In this document: in pieces, positions 1 to 7,467 of the stretch | Layout of the letters: each line of letters starts with the position of its first letter | Numbering within the stretch: position 1 is the first letter of the stretch | DNA from: a virus | Strand: one strand, 5' to 3' | IMG/VR virus record: IMGVR_UViG_3300045988_106316 | Span: 1 to 12,558 of that record | Length of the DNA stretch: 12,558 bases | Made by a program: the position numbers and the translations under genes | Notes under the pieces: model-generated | What the model was told of the DNA's origin: nothing | Seen by the model: the letters and a program-made list of their open reading frames with translations, nothing else | The model's database searches: none

Positions 1-55
1 CATGTACGGCCATGGTTGGGATTTGGAATTTGTGGAAGAGTGAGGTGTTATCATG
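1..55. repeat. Left inverted terminal repeat (55 bp)
   Basis: Bases 1-55 (CATGTACGGCCATGGTTGGGATTTGGAATTTGTGGAAGAGTGAGGTGTTATCATG) equal the reverse complement of 12504-12558 at every position. Identity ends at base 56 (G on the left, A on the right). The repeat reaches the very first and last base of the window. Confidence 0.95.
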
Positions 56-83
56 GCGGCCTATGCGGCCGCCTCATTTTTTT
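55..83 (+). terminator. Intrinsic-terminator-like hairpin just inside the left ITR (plus-strand sense)
   Basis: GGCGGCC (55-61), loop TATGC, GGCCGCC (67-73), then TCA and T7 (77-83). Near-identical to the minus-strand hairpin at 11710-11736. Confidence 0.6.
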
Positions 84-119
84 GAAAACAAACGATAAGA
101 GGGCCATTTCTGGCCCTCT
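84..119 (-). terminator. Rho-independent terminator of the late (structural) operon
   Basis: On the minus strand, 14 nt after the tailspike stop (134): AGAGGGCCA, loop GAAA, TGGCCCTCT (perfect 9-bp GC-rich stem, 119-98), followed by TATCGTTTGTTTTC. Confidence 0.75.
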
Positions 120-133
120 GACGGGGTGCGCGT

Positions 134-1510
134 TTAATCTCGTTTCACTCGTACGGTGGCCGTAAGTGCAAAGCTTTTGATGCCGCTTTCTTCGCTCGTA
201 TAGAATCGAATCTCGCTAGCGCCTGAGATAGCAAACATGTTAGTATTTGCCGCAGCGTATGCCGCTCCAAGGTATCCCGCATGATAGGTATATGATATCG
301 GATAAAAGGGCGCCGGAATTTTAGCTACGTCCACATATCCCCTCGTATTACCACTGAATGATATTGAACCGTGAATCTCAACCGTTACCGTGTCATCCTC
401 AATATACATGCGGTTACTGTCGATCGTTGCCCCATTTATGGGTGTTACCTCGACATAATAACTTGTTTTTGCGGGTACGTCGATATAGTCGGTGAGTGTC
501 AAGCCGGTTAAGCGGCCCGAAAATTGACCGTCGCATAGTTTGTTTATTTTATGCCCATTTCCCTGTATACCGTTGATATAAACCTTTGTAGTATCTCCGG
601 CGAAAAGTACGCAATTGGGCTTGTTATCATGATAAGCCAGAAGGTCATAAACAAACAATAGTGTATCGTTTGCGACGTTGAAACTGATATCAAAAGTGTC
701 AGTTGTGCATGCCGTGAAAATGTTATAATCTTCTTTGATATCGGCAAACTTGGTATTGTTCCAACTGCTGCTTGACGTGTTCCAGCAATGACAAAAACTG
801 ATTCGGTTATTACCGCCGGTCATATCGAAAATCGTTTGATAGTTTACTGCATAAACCTCTTTGAAATGACAATCCCACGACTGGCATTTAACGGCAATAT
901 TTCCCAGTGCACCATCAGCATTGAACAAAAGCGCTTTGGATAGCGTGACTTCGTAACCGGTTACGACATCAATGAAATTTTTACAATGAATTGAATATAC
1001 ATTGGTAATGAATGTGTTATTGCTTCGTGAAATTTTAATCATAGTTGCAGGCGAATCATTACCATCAAAACAGATTGCGTTAAAAGATGATGCATATCCC
1101 ATGCTGTTATAGTCAATTACGGGGGTTTGCATGCTTCCCGGGCATTTAAGATACGAATAACCAAAGTTACAATGAACTGGGCCATTTACTTTAATCGTAT
1201 CAGTAACATAATATGTTACGCCGAAACTGTAAAGCGTTTTTTTGCTGGTAGTAGCTGCATCAAAAGCCGCTTGGAGTGCTGCCGTGTCATCTGTCACGCC
1301 GTCGCCCTTCGCGCCGAACATTTCCGGCGTCAAGAAGCTATTAGCGACTTCTGCCGGAATAGCGTCAACCTTTTTGGTTAGCGCGTTATATTTGTTATTC
1401 AGTTCGTCAAATTGAGCTTTGAAATCGGCTTGCGATCCTTTAATTGTGCCTAAAATCCAATCGAGATTGAGATTGTGCAAATTGCTGTAGGGCCATTCGT
1501 TAAACCACAT
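134..1510 (-). CDS. Tailspike / appendage protein with pectate-lyase-type beta-helix (putative polysaccharide depolymerase, receptor binding)
   Basis: 458-aa ORF with RBS AAAGGGGGG 8 nt upstream of the ATG. FGAKGDGVTDDTAALQAAFDAA is the hallmark start of Pectate_lyase_3-type right-handed beta-helix domains, the fold class of the phi29 gp12 appendage. The N-terminal ~25 aa (MWFNEWPYSNLHNLNLDWIL) plus a helical linker look like a virion-anchor module. It is the last gene of the operon, in the gp12 position. Confidence 0.8.
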   Translation of the reverse strand: MWFNEWPYSNLHNLNLDWILGTIKGSQADFKAQFDELNNKYNALTKKVDAIPAEVANSFLTPEMFGAKGDGVTDDTAALQAAFDAATTSKKTLYSFGVTYYVTDTIKVNGPVHCNFGYSYLKCPGSMQTPVIDYNSMGYASSFNAICFDGNDSPATMIKISRSNNTFITNVYSIHCKNFIDVVTGYEVTLSKALLFNADGALGNIAVKCQSWDCHFKEVYAVNYQTIFDMTGGNNRISFCHCWNTSSSSWNNTKFADIKEDYNIFTACTTDTFDISFNVANDTLLFVYDLLAYHDNKPNCVLFAGDTTKVYINGIQGNGHKINKLCDGQFSGRLTGLTLTDYIDVPAKTSYYVEVTPINGATIDSNRMYIEDDTVTVEIHGSISFSGNTRGYVDVAKIPAPFYPISYTYHAGYLGAAYAAANTNMFAISGASEIRFYTSEESGIKSFALTATVRVKRD

Positions 1511-1525
1511 ATTTTTTACCCCCCT

Positions 1526-2290
1526 TTAATATACACCGATACAGAATTTATCAATAAATTCGTTCACGATAATTGAATAGATATCGGTTTGACGCAGGTC
1601 GAGTTCGGCCTCCACCATCCGCTGATTCGTTGTTACGCCGATATTGCCATGAGTATGTATAACAGTATGCCGTGTGTCGCCGCCCGTGTATCCTTTGTTG
1701 CGATTATCGCCGCCCGTGTATCCTTTGTTGCGATCATCGCCGCCCGTGTATCCTTTGTTGCGATCATCGCTGCCCGTGTAGCTGCGCGTATCGTCGCTGT
1801 GGTCTTCGCTGCTGCTGCTGTCGGTAACCTGTAGGTCGCCGCTGTTGTACCCTGTTCGGCTGTTTTGTGTGCTGCCGCTGCTGTTGTTGTTTCCGCTGTC
1901 CGTCAGATTGCGAGTGTAATTATCGTTTTCTTTAAGGTCTCGCGTGTAATTATCGCTTTCTTTAAGGTCTCGCGTGTAATTATCGCTTTCTTTAAGGTCG
2001 CGCGTGTAGTCTTCAAGATGATCTTCGTATCTGTCGGTATTTTCAATTGGGTTATACTCTGCATCGAGTGCCGCTGCAATCCGCGCCCATGCGTTTTGAC
2101 GGCCGTTGCTCCATGCTCCGATAATCACTCGCAAAATATCCGGGTTTGGATATAGTATCTCAAGCTCTGCCGCCTCGCTGATAATCAAATCAATGATTGT
2201 TTGCTGCTGTACGCTATCGGGAAGGTGCAACATCTCAAAAATATTGGGGTCATAATTATACATTCCCAAAATTGACATTGTTGCGGCCAT
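1526..2290 (-). CDS. Lower collar / proximal tail-tube connector-like protein (gp11 position) with internal decapeptide repeats
   Basis: ORF-track ORF 1526..2299 begins with GTG inside the RBS. The ATG at 2290 has GGAGG 8 nt upstream, giving 254 aa; ATGs at 2278 and 2263 are alternative starts. It lies directly after the portal gene, as phi29 gp11 does. The flanks (EYNPIENTDR ... HGNIGVTTNQRMVEAELDLR) fit my unverified recollection of gp11-family conserved blocks. The central part is 4 x (D/N)YTR(D/N)LKE(S/N)D and 4 x KGYTGGD(D/N)RN. Confidence 0.6.
   Translation of the reverse strand: MAATMSILGMYNYDPNIFEMLHLPDSVQQQTIIDLIISEAAELEILYPNPDILRVIIGAWSNGRQNAWARIAAALDAEYNPIENTDRYEDHLEDYTRDLKESDNYTRDLKESDNYTRDLKENDNYTRNLTDSGNNNSSGSTQNSRTGYNSGDLQVTDSSSSEDHSDDTRSYTGSDDRNKGYTGGDDRNKGYTGGDNRNKGYTGGDTRHTVIHTHGNIGVTTNQRMVEAELDLRQTDIYSIIVNEFIDKFCIGVY
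1677..1780 (-). repeat. 30-bp tandem repeat array A (coding, about 3.3 copies)
   Basis: Unit CGCCCGTGTATCCTTTGTTGCGAT(T/C)ATCGC occurs at 1681-1710, 1711-1740 and 1741-1770, with a partial copy at 1771-1780. It encodes the KGYTGGD(D/N)RN repeats of the collar-like protein. Confidence 0.95.
1914..2008 (-). repeat. 30-bp tandem repeat array B (coding, about 3.2 copies)
   Basis: Unit GTGTAATTATCG(T/C)TTTCTTTAAGGTC(T/G)CGC occurs at 1914-1943, 1944-1973 and 1974-2003, with a partial copy from 2004. It encodes the DNYTRDLKES repeats. Confidence 0.95.
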
Positions 2291-3188
2291 CCTCTGCACC
2301 TCCGTTCAGATTTTGTGAGAAGTCAACCCACAATTTACCGTCAAGCTCTGGGAAAAGCTCAACGCATTTCTTCATTCCCGCGCGCATTTCATCGAGCCAC
2401 AATTCGGCTTTGCTGCGCGTGTAGATATCGCCTTTGTTCACCTCGTCGGTAAGCAGGCGCTCCTTTTTACGTACAAGCAAATTGGGAATACCAATTTCAG
2501 CGCGGAACGCTGCTTGCACATTTTGCAAAGCCTCGATTAGGTCGGGCGTGATGAAATTCTGCCCGACATTCTGCGTCAAAAGCTGCATGCCCTGCGAATC
2601 ATCAGGACGCTTTTTGCTGCTTTCGCGGTATACCACAAGCGGAATACCGCTTGCGATCTGGTCATAGCCGGTTTTATACGCTTCGGCCTCGGCTTTGCTT
2701 GTGCTGTATGCGGTATAGGACATATGCGAGTTAAGCACGTTGACGGCTGCGCATTGCCAAATCAGCGCCATCATGTTTCCGTAATTGTCAATGATATCAC
2801 GGATACTGCCGAAATCCGGCTGCACCTTGATAATCTCGCAGTCTTTTCCGATACGCAGTTCGCGCGCCTGCAATAGTGGATTTGCTACAATGGCGCGAGT
2901 AGGCATATAGTAGACATTGCGCCCGGACAGGCTGCACGGCTGCGCGATGATTCCAAACAGGTCTGTTTTGAGTACAGCGACAAAACCGCAACCGATCAGC
3001 CAATATCGAAAGGCGTCTGCATCAATGCTATCAGGCAACGTAAAATCATATACGCTGATAGCATCCTGCAAGAGATACCGCTTGAAAACTCGCGCAATTT
3101 GCGTATCATTGATATGTAGGAAAGACGGATGTATCATACCATCGACAGAGTTTAAAAACTGGTATGTAAACGGTGGATTGTATGCCAT
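2256..3188 (-). CDS. Portal (head-tail connector) protein, phi29 gp10-like
   Basis: The ATG at 3188 overlaps the upstream stop (TGATG), with AAAGGAGTG upstream. This gives 310 aa; phi29 gp10 is about 309 aa. The block IGIPNLLVRKKERLLTDEVNKGD closely resembles the phi29 connector segment as I recall it ([23 protein letters not shown]). The ORF-track start at 3224 adds 12 aa with no RBS. Confidence 0.85.
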   Translation of the reverse strand: MAYNPPFTYQFLNSVDGMIHPSFLHINDTQIARVFKRYLLQDAISVYDFTLPDSIDADAFRYWLIGCGFVAVLKTDLFGIIAQPCSLSGRNVYYMPTRAIVANPLLQARELRIGKDCEIIKVQPDFGSIRDIIDNYGNMMALIWQCAAVNVLNSHMSYTAYSTSKAEAEAYKTGYDQIASGIPLVVYRESSKKRPDDSQGMQLLTQNVGQNFITPDLIEALQNVQAAFRAEIGIPNLLVRKKERLLTDEVNKGDIYTRSKAELWLDEMRAGMKKCVELFPELDGKLWVDFSQNLNGGAEDGRNNVNFGNV

Positions 3189-3811
3189 CAAATCACTCCT
3201 TTCCGAAATTTGAATAATAGCCAAATCGGTAATTTTTTGCCCGGCAATGGCGGCAGTACACCGCCGAAAAACTCATACCATGCCGCCGCCTGTTCGCCGC
3301 GACTTCCCGGCCCCTGCGCGCTGCTGCGCTCGTATTGCCAATAGTACGCTTCGGCCAGTGTTCGCGGATCGTCGGTTGATTTTTTGAATCCCGGCCATGT
3401 GTAGTTGAATCCCTCATTGCTATACCAATCTCGCCCGGTTGTCGCGCTGTACTCATGGAAGAGCATCTGCACATCAATAGCTGATAGCGGGTTGTCATCT
3501 GTTGCAGTTGGCGAGATGCCGAGATTTGTCAACGCCCAATCTCCAATTTTGCGCCCCCATGGGGTCCACTGCGGGAGACCAAAGCCGCCACTGCGTGTTG
3601 TCGGAAAATTTGCTGACGTTGGATAATTGGGATTTAGGCGACACTCGCTTTCCCAGTTTCCCAGCATCGCGCAAGCGCTATTGATCGTAAACCCCAGCGC
3701 GCCCAGATACGCCGCAAAAACGGTTGCGTTTTGCTCCATCTGTGCGCGGTCCGGGTAGACGCGGAACGTGTGGAAATAAGATGCAAAATCAGGAGGCTGG
3801 ATGTCACTCAT
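3188..3811 (-). CDS. Tail-associated peptidoglycan hydrolase (phage tail lysozyme domain, phi29 gp13 N-terminal-domain-like)
   Basis: The ATG at 3811 overlaps the upstream stop (ATGAGTGA), giving 207 aa. LGNWESECRLNPN ... GGFGLPQWTPWGRK ... YYWQYERS matches the Phage_lysozyme2 (PF18013) pattern GN-ES-NP / GxGLxQWT / yER. The ORF-track start at 3964 would overlap the upstream gene by 160 nt. Confidence 0.7.
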   Translation of the reverse strand: MSDIQPPDFASYFHTFRVYPDRAQMEQNATVFAAYLGALGFTINSACAMLGNWESECRLNPNYPTSANFPTTRSGGFGLPQWTPWGRKIGDWALTNLGISPTATDDNPLSAIDVQMLFHEYSATTGRDWYSNEGFNYTWPGFKKSTDDPRTLAEAYYWQYERSSAQGPGSRGEQAAAWYEFFGGVLPPLPGKKLPIWLLFKFRKGVI

Positions 3812-5255
3812 AGTAAAAGCCCCCGCGCAAAAAAGATATAATTGCATCGTGCTCTTCAGCCGTCGCCACGACGTACAGCTCCGGGTTTTGACACATGATA
3901 AACCCGGATAGGCTTTTGATATTACGCACAGCGCACAATGGCCTGCCAGCTCGTGCGTTGTCATTGTCCACCAGGATTGAAAAATCAGCTCTCAAAATAG
4001 GTGGTAGCTGATAGGCCGCAATGCTGCCGGACGCTGACAGCGTTTGCACCGTCGGCGTGCTCGTCGGAACAACCTCATTGATAGCAGCTTGCGCGAAACC
4101 ACTTGCAATATTGCCGTAGTTAGACCAGCTTCGCACGCCTGCTTTAACCGCGCCCATAATGCCCTGTCCCGCTGCCGTGGCAGGTGGAGGCGCCAGAAGC
4201 CCGGTAACACCGCTTGCAATACTGTCAAACATGCTCATTGTAACCTGTGATAGCTGGATATCAACCCCCACCGATGCAGCAGTTCGCAGAATTTCGCTCG
4301 AACCCGCCGAGAAAGTCGAAATGCCGTTACCTGATACACAATCAACCAATGTCGATACAGTGAGCGCTTTAGCGTCGCCGCGGACGAAAAAATCCGGTGC
4401 GATTGCCACATCCCCCCACGGCCCATAGTTATAGGTGAGGCGTGTATAAGGGCTGCCGTTGAGATAGCCCCCGCGCGTCGCTGCCTGCGGGTGCTGCGGA
4501 ACATCCAGCGTCCAAGTGTCTTTGAAAATCGGCGTTTTTGCAAGGCGCTTGCAGTTGACAGGGAGGGTCCACCACCCTACTTTAATTGACGCTTGCAAGT
4601 CTCCCTCTGTCGGCGCAACAAAGGGGAACCATTTACAGCTCACAATATACTGAAATGGGTTAAACAGTGTTTTGGCAAGCTCGCTTGAAATCTCGCTTGA
4701 TGGGATCTGCAAATAATCCGTGTTGATAAATAGTGCATCTCTGAGCGCTGCCATGTATGACTGTGTCAATACATAATAACTTGTACCGCCCCGAGCATTG
4801 TCGTCGCCGTTGATAACACCGATCACATAAGTGCCATCACCCAGGTTTGAGGTCCACGGAAAACTAGCAACCGTCCGGTCCATTGTGATTCCGGCTTTGG
4901 CGCTGTAAAATCCATCGGGCACAAATTCATCGTATTCAGACGCCGAGCGCAATACATATTGCGCTGAATTCCCAATCTCCGTGCGCCAGCTTGCCAGCAC
5001 GTCAACCGCGCAGTCAGCTATCCACAATCCATCTTGCCACGTCCACGATGCGAAATAGTACCGCGACCAAATCGGAATGTGAATATAATTGATCTGTGCT
5101 GGCGTCCAGCCGTCTACCATGTGAAAAACAAGAGACGGCGAAAGAATGCTGCAAACGTCTTTGAGTTCGCAGGCATAAGTCACTCCGTTTGCTGGCTTTG
5201 GTATGGCTGTGCTGTCCGCCTTTTTTGCAAACGAATACAGGATTACATCAAGCAT
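3804..5255 (-). CDS. Tail knob / distal tube protein (gp9-like), structural
   Basis: 483-aa ORF with RBS AAAGGAG upstream, lying directly after the capsid gene. The N-terminal pattern INYIHIPIWSRYYFASWTW...AVDVLASW resembles the phi29 gp9 N-terminal region as I recall it (NYIMFQNPNYSNKWFYAFVT...EIDVIQTW). This is unverified. Confidence 0.5.
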   Translation of the reverse strand: MLDVILYSFAKKADSTAIPKPANGVTYACELKDVCSILSPSLVFHMVDGWTPAQINYIHIPIWSRYYFASWTWQDGLWIADCAVDVLASWRTEIGNSAQYVLRSASEYDEFVPDGFYSAKAGITMDRTVASFPWTSNLGDGTYVIGVINGDDNARGGTSYYVLTQSYMAALRDALFINTDYLQIPSSEISSELAKTLFNPFQYIVSCKWFPFVAPTEGDLQASIKVGWWTLPVNCKRLAKTPIFKDTWTLDVPQHPQAATRGGYLNGSPYTRLTYNYGPWGDVAIAPDFFVRGDAKALTVSTLVDCVSGNGISTFSAGSSEILRTAASVGVDIQLSQVTMSMFDSIASGVTGLLAPPPATAAGQGIMGAVKAGVRSWSNYGNIASGFAQAAINEVVPTSTPTVQTLSASGSIAAYQLPPILRADFSILVDNDNARAGRPLCAVRNIKSLSGFIMCQNPELYVVATAEEHDAIISFLRGGFYYE

Positions 5256-5273
5256 CTTTCGCCGTCTCCTTTA

Positions 5274-6497
5274 TTAGTCGAGCAGGAACACAACGCCGTT
5301 TTCCGTCGTGTCGTTCCAGTAGCGCCGCCAGAAATGCCAGAAAGTATTGTAGTATCTGCCGCGCGCGTTAATCGGGGTCATTTCGACGCCGTCGCCGTCG
5401 TTGACGATACTGTAACCCATAGCCCAGCGATCATACAGGACGCCCAGCATGTAAGGAGCGGATACCGCCGCGCCCTTCACCGCGCTGCCCTCGCTGTTAA
5501 GCATCGTCGGGGTTACGTTGATTCCCGCGCCCTGCTTGACATCCTGCCAGTAGTCAAGCGAATCATGCGGTACGAGCTTCAAGAAGTTTTCATTGAACGT
5601 CCACGGGAGAACCATTTTCTGAATCATATTCTCGAACGGTGCATAGAACAGCATGCGCTGGTCAGCTTTGGGCGTGATGCGAAGGAGCTTTCCGGCGCTC
5701 TCGCCGCCCGCCTGCTGGTGATGCATCACCGTGAGATTGCGCGACATTAGGTCAGATGCCGTCTGGATACGCGCGCAAAGCCAGCCCACAAAATCCGCAA
5801 AATTTTCCGGCTGGAATACCGTTGTAGCCGTAAGCGCCTTCCCCGTGAGAGTGTTATACTCCGTCAGACAATGCACGACATGCACCGGCGAATTATCCGC
5901 ATTTGCTGCTGCGATTTTCGCGCCCGCGAAATTGCAGACCGTACCGTGTCCGAGCGCGGTTTTCTGCTGGTTGATGAGATTCTGCGCTGCCGTGAACTGA
6001 CTGCCCAGCCACTGGCCATATTCAGCAGGCCCGCGCAAAGACATACGCATAGCGTTTGTGTGGATGGAAGGTCCCTGCACGCACCACTGAACAGCCGACG
6101 TGAACGACGTTTCCAGCGTCTGGGGCAGATTCATTTTCCACTGGTCCACGCTCTCGCCGTTCTTCGGTCTGTCCTGCTGCTCGGGGTTTTCCTGCGCGCT
6201 GTCCGGGTCAACAATTGGCGTCAGCTTGCGCACAACAAAACCCCAGTCCACGTCATCCGCATCGAGAAGCGTGATACCGCCCATGTACGGACGAATGGAA
6301 AAAATCGTGCGTGCGATCAGCGCCGTCATGGAGCGGGTCAGCGCGTCAGTACCGCAGGTAAGCCCGCGCTGCGCCAGCGCGACAAACTGCGACGTATCAA
6401 CAGGCGTTTCGAGCGGATTCGCGTTCCTGCCCTGCGCGCCCGCAACGATCGTATTCAAGATTGTTGCAATCTGCGTGAAAGAATAGGGGTTAGCCAT
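5274..6497 (-). CDS. Major capsid protein (phi29 gp8-like HK97-fold core)
   Basis: 407-aa ORF whose ATG overlaps the scaffold stop (TAATG), with GGAGGTGG upstream. The position after the scaffold-like gene fits. The C-terminal LGVLYDRWAMGY...NARGRYYNTFWHFWRRYW resembles the recalled gp8 segment VLVDKDWFMVY...NPRGLYWNYYYHVWQ. Confidence 0.8.
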   Translation of the reverse strand: MANPYSFTQIATILNTIVAGAQGRNANPLETPVDTSQFVALAQRGLTCGTDALTRSMTALIARTIFSIRPYMGGITLLDADDVDWGFVVRKLTPIVDPDSAQENPEQQDRPKNGESVDQWKMNLPQTLETSFTSAVQWCVQGPSIHTNAMRMSLRGPAEYGQWLGSQFTAAQNLINQQKTALGHGTVCNFAGAKIAAANADNSPVHVVHCLTEYNTLTGKALTATTVFQPENFADFVGWLCARIQTASDLMSRNLTVMHHQQAGGESAGKLLRITPKADQRMLFYAPFENMIQKMVLPWTFNENFLKLVPHDSLDYWQDVKQGAGINVTPTMLNSEGSAVKGAAVSAPYMLGVLYDRWAMGYSIVNDGDGVEMTPINARGRYYNTFWHFWRRYWNDTTENGVVFLLD

Positions 6498-6808
6498 TAC
6501 TTACCACCTCCCGGAATAACCTGCGCAAGCGCCTGCTCTGCCGTCAGCTGCTGCGGCTCCGCGCTGCCCATCATCGACCTAAACATACCCTGCAAAGCTG
6601 CCGTCTGCTGCTGCTGCGCCGCGATCAGCGGCGAAAGGTCAAGCGCGGGGGCCTGCACCGGCTGCATCTGCTGCACCGGCTGCATGGGCTGCATGGGCTG
6701 CATGGGCTGCATGGGCTGCATGGGCTGCATGGGCTGCAACATCTGGTTAATCTGGTCAACCGTAAAGCCCGCTTTCATCATTTCATAGGACTTTTCAAAC
6801 AGTGTCAT
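6497..6808 (-). CDS. Scaffolding-like protein with (QPM)n repeat
   Basis: 103-aa ORF with RBS AAAGGAGG 8 nt upstream. It is small, Q/A/M-rich and probably helical, and lies immediately upstream of the capsid gene, as phi29 gp7 (98 aa) does. The function is assigned by position only. Confidence 0.45.
   Translation of the reverse strand: MTLFEKSYEMMKAGFTVDQINQMLQPMQPMQPMQPMQPMQPMQPVQQMQPVQAPALDLSPLIAAQQQQTAALQGMFRSMMGSAEPQQLTAEQALAQVIPGGGK
6651..6740 (-). repeat. 9-bp tandem repeat (GGCTGCATG)n, coding
   Basis: Six perfect copies at 6678-6731 are flanked by degenerate copies (GCCTGCACC, GGCTGCATC, TGCTGCACC, GGCTGCAAC). The array encodes [28 protein letters not shown]. Confidence 0.95.
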
Positions 6809-6947
6809 TTTTCGTTCCTCCTTTCTTCGTCTCGCGGAAAACCTGCATGCTCACGACGTCAAGATCTGCGCCGACTTCCAGCCGCTCGGTCTGAATCGCG
6901 CCGCTTGCGTCTTTGGTCTCGATATCAATATAACTCGTGTAACTCAT
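6795..6947 (-). CDS. Small hypothetical protein (50 aa), not in the ORF track
   Basis: ATG at 6947 is preceded by AAGAGGTGA (the last codons and stop of the endolysin gene) at good spacing. Translation: [50 protein letters not shown]. Its stop overlaps the scaffold start by 14 nt. It fills an otherwise unexplained 143-nt gap in a very compact genome. Confidence 0.5.
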   Translation of the reverse strand: MSYTSYIDIETKDASGAIQTERLEVGADLDVVSMQVFRETKKGGTKNDTV

Positions 6948-6951
6948 TGTA

Positions 6952-7467
6952 TCACCTCTTTTCGATTGCCTCAATCAGTGTGTTAATCTGGTCACGGATA
7001 TCAAGTAAATCCTGCATGATATCGTCGAGCGTCACGCCGTCCGGCTGCGTATCTTCCTCAGGATATGCTACATCATAAACCTTTGCGTGATGTGTCCATC
7101 TGCCGTCACTGATGCTGGACATCTGCACGCCGCCCGTTGTGCTGTGCATCACTTCGCCGTTGCCCAGATACAGCCCTACATGCTTTGCATTGCCCATATC
7201 GTCATGATAACCGCGCGCCACTTCGCCGCCGTCATGCCGCACCGTAAAAACCCATTCGCCCGGCTGAATCGCGGCCATATCGTCCGAGCGATCATAAACA
7301 GCATCGCGCCACATCTGATTACTTCCCCGCCAATTTTTGGAGAGCGCATTGCAGTCTTTGAGCACCTGTTCCACAAACGCCTGACAATCAAGCTGCTTAT
7401 ATGGTGTACCCAGATAGCCGCCAGTGAGAGCGCGATCTACATAAGCATCAGCTTTCACCTTCGCCAA
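6952..7467 (-). CDS. NlpC/P60 (C40) family cell-wall endopeptidase, endolysin
   Basis: Catalytic-type motifs are present: PYKQLDCQAFVEQVL (Cys) and HVGLYLGNGEVMHS (His). The preferred start is TTG at 7467, 7 nt after GGAGGTG and overlapping the end of the upstream small membrane protein gene (171 aa). The ORF-track ATG at 7521 lacks an RBS and would overlap that gene by 74 nt. Confidence 0.8.
   Translation of the reverse strand: MAKVKADAYVDRALTGGYLGTPYKQLDCQAFVEQVLKDCNALSKNWRGSNQMWRDAVYDRSDDMAAIQPGEWVFTVRHDGGEVARGYHDDMGNAKHVGLYLGNGEVMHSTTGGVQMSSISDGRWTHHAKVYDVAYPEEDTQPDGVTLDDIMQDLLDIRDQINTLIEAIEKR

Noticed and set aside
16-54. Sigma-70-like promoter inside the ITR (TTGGGA or TTGGAA as -35)
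   Set aside because: With a 17-nt spacer the -10 positions read AGTGAG or TGTTAT, both poor. The TGTTATCAT extended -10-like motif overlaps the ATG. It is not convincing enough to annotate and is discussed as an open question instead.
1-55. ITRs as the ends of a transposon, insertion sequence or casposon-like element
   Set aside because: No transposase, integrase or Cas1 is present and no target-site duplication is visible. The content is a full virion, replication and lysis gene set with a protein-primed PolB, which fits a linear phage genome.
1677-2008. Regularly spaced 30-bp repeats that could be mistaken for a CRISPR array
   Set aside because: The units are directly tandem with no spacers. 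They lie in frame inside a continuous ORF and encode decapeptide repeats.
3812-3964. ORF-track N-terminal extensions (3812-3964, 3189-3224, 7468-7521, 8846-8869, 12100-12138, 12263-12280, 2291-2299)
   Set aside because: The extended starts lack an RBS or lie inside one, and they overlap the upstream genes heavily. Internal starts with GGAGG-type sites and stop/start overlaps fit better.
5034-5750. 238-aa plus-strand ORF
   Set aside because: It is antisense to the tail-knob and capsid genes. It is Arg/Ala/Val-rich and of low complexity. It has no Shine-Dalgarno sequence and spans a real intergenic junction on the other strand.
5871-6788. 305-aa plus-strand ORF with a striking CMGCMGCMG repeat
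   Set aside because: It is antisense to the capsid and scaffold genes. It has no RBS. Its repeat is simply the reverse-complement reading of the (QPM)n tract. It is a typical shadow ORF in GC-rich coding sequence.
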